Shown piece by piece: positions 23,257 to 25,798 of a stretch of DNA of 25,798 nucleotides. Both the position numbers and the translations under genes were made by a program. Numbering within the stretch: position 1 is the stretch's first letter; each line of letters starts with the position of its first letter. The notes beneath the pieces are model-generated. The model did not search any database. It was given only the letters and a program-made list of their open reading frames with translations, and was not told the DNA's origin. This DNA is from Candidatus Sysuimicrobiota bacterium. Lineage in GTDB: Bacteria > Sysuimicrobiota > Sysuimicrobiia > Sysuimicrobiales > Sysuimicrobiaceae. The stretch spans positions 1 through 25,798 of the forward strand of contig PSLI01000030.1 of assembly GCA_040289515.1 (NCBI GenBank), given 5' to 3'.

Positions 23257-23861
23257 CCCTGGTCCCCATCGTGGTGGAACAGAGCGCCCGGGGCGAGCGG
23301 GCGTACGACATTTACTCGCGCCTGCTCAAGGAGCGCATCATCTTCCTGGGCGGGATCGTGGACGACGAGGTGGCGAACCTGGTCATCGCCCAGATGCTGT
23401 TTCTGGCGTACGAGGACCCGCAGAAGGACATCCAGCTGTACATCAACAGCCCCGGGGGGTCCATGACCGCGGGGCTGGCCATCTACGATACGATGCAGCA
23501 CATCCAGCCGGACGTGGCCACCATCTGCGTGGGCATGGCGGCCTCCGTGGCGGCCCTGCTCCTGGCCGGGGGGACGAAGGGAAAGCGGGGGGCCCTGCCG
23601 TACTCCCGCATCATGATCCACCAGCCGTGGGGTGGAGCGCAGGGACAGGCGGTGGACATCGCCATCCGGGCCAAGGAGGTGATCGAGCTCCGCAAGATCC
23701 TCAACGAGATCCTGGCCCGGCACACGGGCCAGCCCCTGGAGCGCATCGAGCGGGACACGGACCGGGACTTCTACATGAGCGCACAGCAGGCGAAGGAGTA
23801 CGGGCTGATTGACCTGGTGATCGAGCCGCGCCGCGAGAAGCTGGCGCGGCTGGCGGTGTAG
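23253..23861 (+). CDS. clpP: ATP-dependent Clp protease proteolytic subunit
   Basis: [28 protein letters not shown] (Ser), MIHQP (His), DTDRD (Asp). Confidence 0.98.
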   Translation: MTLVPIVVEQSARGERAYDIYSRLLKERIIFLGGIVDDEVANLVIAQMLFLAYEDPQKDIQLYINSPGGSMTAGLAIYDTMQHIQPDVATICVGMAASVAALLLAGGTKGKRGALPYSRIMIHQPWGGAQGQAVDIAIRAKEVIELRKILNEILARHTGQPLERIERDTDRDFYMSAQQAKEYGLIDLVIEPRREKLARLAV

Positions 23862-23948
23862 GGCAAGAAAGTTGCTCTGGAGCCGTGGCAAGGTTCGGTT
23901 CATGGTGCCGTGAGCGGGGACCGGGATCAGGGACGGCGAGGGGGTCGC

Positions 23949-25214
23949 ATGTTCCGCTTCGGGGATGAGCGGGAGCGGTTGAAGTGCTCGTTCTGCGGGA
24001 AGACCCAGGACCAGGTCCGCAAGCTGGTGGCCGGCCCGGGGGTGTACATCTGCGACGAGTGCATCGAGCTGTGCAACGAGATCATCGAGGAGGAGCTGTA
24101 CGGGGAGCAGGAGGAGCGGGGACCCCGCAGCCTGCCCAAGCCCCACGAGATTTACGAGACCCTGTGTCAATACGTGGTGGGGCAGGAGCGGGCGAAGAAG
24201 GTCCTGTCGGTGGCGGTGTACAACCACTACAAGCGGATCGCCCACCGCCGCCCCACGGACGTGGAGCTGCAGAAGAGCAACATCCTGCTCATCGGGCCCA
24301 CGGGGTGCGGCAAGACCCACCTGGCCCAGACCCTGGCCAAGATCCTGGACGTGCCCTTCGCCATCGCGGACGCCACCAGCCTCACGGAGGCGGGGTACGT
24401 GGGGGAGGACGTGGAGAACATCCTCCTCCGGTTGGTGCAGGCCGCGGACTACGACGTGAAGAAGGCGGAGCGGGGGATCGTGTACATCGACGAGGTGGAC
24501 AAGATCGCCCGCAAGTCCGAGAACCCTTCCATCACCCGAGACGTATCCGGGGAGGGCGTCCAGCAGGCCCTCCTTAAGATCCTGGAGGGGACCGTGGCCA
24601 ACGTGCCCCCCCAGGGCGGCCGCAAGCACCCCCACCAGGAGTTCATCCAGGTGGACACCACCAACATCCTGTTCATCTGCGGGGGCGCCTTTGAGGGGTT
24701 GGACAAGATCATCGAGGCCCGGGTCCGGCAATCCAGCATGGGGTTCGGCGCTCAGTCCAACCCCCGGGTGCGGGACACGGGGGAGCTGCTGCGGCAGGTG
24801 ATGCCCCAGGACCTGCTCCGTTACGGTCTGATCCCGGAGTTCATCGGGCGTTTGCCCGTGGTGGTCCCCCTGGAGCCCCTCACGGAGGAGCACCTGGTTC
24901 GCATTCTGGTGGAGCCCAAGAACGCTTTGGTCCGGCAGTACCAGAAGATCCTGGAGATGGACGGCGTGGACCTGGTGGTGGCGGAGGACGCCCTGCGGGC
25001 CATCGCTCGGGAGGCCTTGGCGCGCAACACGGGGGCGCGGGGCCTTCGGACCATCCTCGAGGACATCATGCTGGACGTGATGTACGAGATCCCCTCCCGC
25101 CCCGATGTGAAGCGCTGTGTGATCACCCTGGAGTCCGTGGAGCGCCGGGTTCGCCCCATCCTCATGACCGCCGCGGAGGCCAAACGTCTGGCCAAGGAGA
25201 AGCCGGCCTCGTGA
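23949..25214 (+). CDS. clpX: ATP-dependent Clp protease ATP-binding subunit
   Basis: CSFC...CDEC zinc finger, [12 protein letters not shown] pore loop, RKH loop, MGF ClpP-docking loop, TGARGLR. ATG23949 follows SD-like GAGGGGG. Confidence 0.98.
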   Translation: MFRFGDERERLKCSFCGKTQDQVRKLVAGPGVYICDECIELCNEIIEEELYGEQEERGPRSLPKPHEIYETLCQYVVGQERAKKVLSVAVYNHYKRIAHRRPTDVELQKSNILLIGPTGCGKTHLAQTLAKILDVPFAIADATSLTEAGYVGEDVENILLRLVQAADYDVKKAERGIVYIDEVDKIARKSENPSITRDVSGEGVQQALLKILEGTVANVPPQGGRKHPHQEFIQVDTTNILFICGGAFEGLDKIIEARVRQSSMGFGAQSNPRVRDTGELLRQVMPQDLLRYGLIPEFIGRLPVVVPLEPLTEEHLVRILVEPKNALVRQYQKILEMDGVDLVVAEDALRAIAREALARNTGARGLRTILEDIMLDVMYEIPSRPDVKRCVITLESVERRVRPILMTAAEAKRLAKEKPAS

Positions 25215-25320
25215 GGCCTCGCCCGAGGAAGCCGGCCCTGGATGGAATCCTGCGGCCCGGCTGTGCGTAAATACGAGTAGAGGTTCGGGTGCGCCCAAGG
25301 GCACCCGACGGAGGTTCGAC

Positions 25321-25798
25321 ATGAGCCAGACGAAGAACCCGTACCCCACGCAGCTCCCCGTCCTGGCGCTGAAGGGCGTGGTGGTGCTCCCCTACATGTC
25401 CATCGCCCTGGGGGTGGGCCGGCCGAAGTCGGTCCGCGCCCTGGAGCGGTCCGTGGAGACGGATCGCCTGCTGGCCCTGGTCTGCCAGCGGGACGAGAAC
25501 GTGGAGGATCCCAAGCCGGAGGACCTTTACGAGTGGGGCGTGGTGGCCAGGGTCCTCAACGTGGGCAAGCAGCCCGACGGCGTCCTGCAGGTGATGGTGG
25601 AGGGGCTGGTCCGGGTACACCTGGAGGGGTTCGTGCACAGGGAGCCCTTCTTCTTGGCCCACGTGTGCACCGTGGAGGACCCCACGGAGCGGACCCTGGA
25701 AATCGAGGCCCTCATGCGGGGGGTCACCTCCCAGTTTGAGCGGTACGCGCGCCTGAGCCGCACTGTGCCCCCCGAGGCGTACATGGCGGTGATGAACG
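25321..25798 (+). CDS. lon: Lon protease, N-terminal domain (runs off window)
   Basis: Open frame from ATG25321: MSQTKNPYPTQLPVLALKGVVVLPYMSIALGVGRPKSVRALE...QRD...DP.PEDLY..G...PDG.LQVMVEG. GGAGGT SD; follows clpX. Absent from the ORF track because there is no stop in the window. Confidence 0.93.
   Translation, partial: MSQTKNPYPTQLPVLALKGVVVLPYMSIALGVGRPKSVRALERSVETDRLLALVCQRDENVEDPKPEDLYEWGVVARVLNVGKQPDGVLQVMVEGLVRVHLEGFVHREPFFLAHVCTVEDPTERTLEIEALMRGVTSQFERYARLSRTVPPEAYMAVMN

Overview
High-GC bacterial chromosome segment, mostly housekeeping and metabolic genes, with no intact mobile element or CRISPR array. Left to right: 3' part of tRNA-Arg(UCU); a short accessory stretch with a probably frameshifted small ORF; a tightly coupled + strand run pyrG-ilvE-nudF-xerD-deoB-punA-pdp-(stand-alone Pnkp-type kinase)-hbd; a coiled-coil/PD-(D/E)XK protein with two compensating frameshifts; a - strand leucine/isovalerate catabolic operon (3-methylcrotonyl-CoA carboxylase beta, methylglutaconyl-CoA hydratase, split alpha subunit, HMG-CoA lyase); divergent from it, acyl-CoA dehydrogenase-etfB-etfA and a B12 acyl-CoA mutase large subunit with the Phe89/Gln207 isobutyryl-CoA mutase signature; fabH preceded by a doubly deleted FabL-like SDR remnant; tRNA-Lys(CUU), tRNA-Leu(UAG), tig, clpP, clpX and the 5' part of lon. 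Best leads: (1) the IcmA-type mutase embedded in a branched-chain acyl-CoA cluster with liu genes, ETF and FabH; (2) an isolated Pnkp kinase module attached to the nucleoside salvage operon; (3) a trimeric-type PNP with Asp at the Asn243 specificity position; (4) several small lesions that are either real decay or assembly errors. All calls come from reading motifs by eye; no database search was run.
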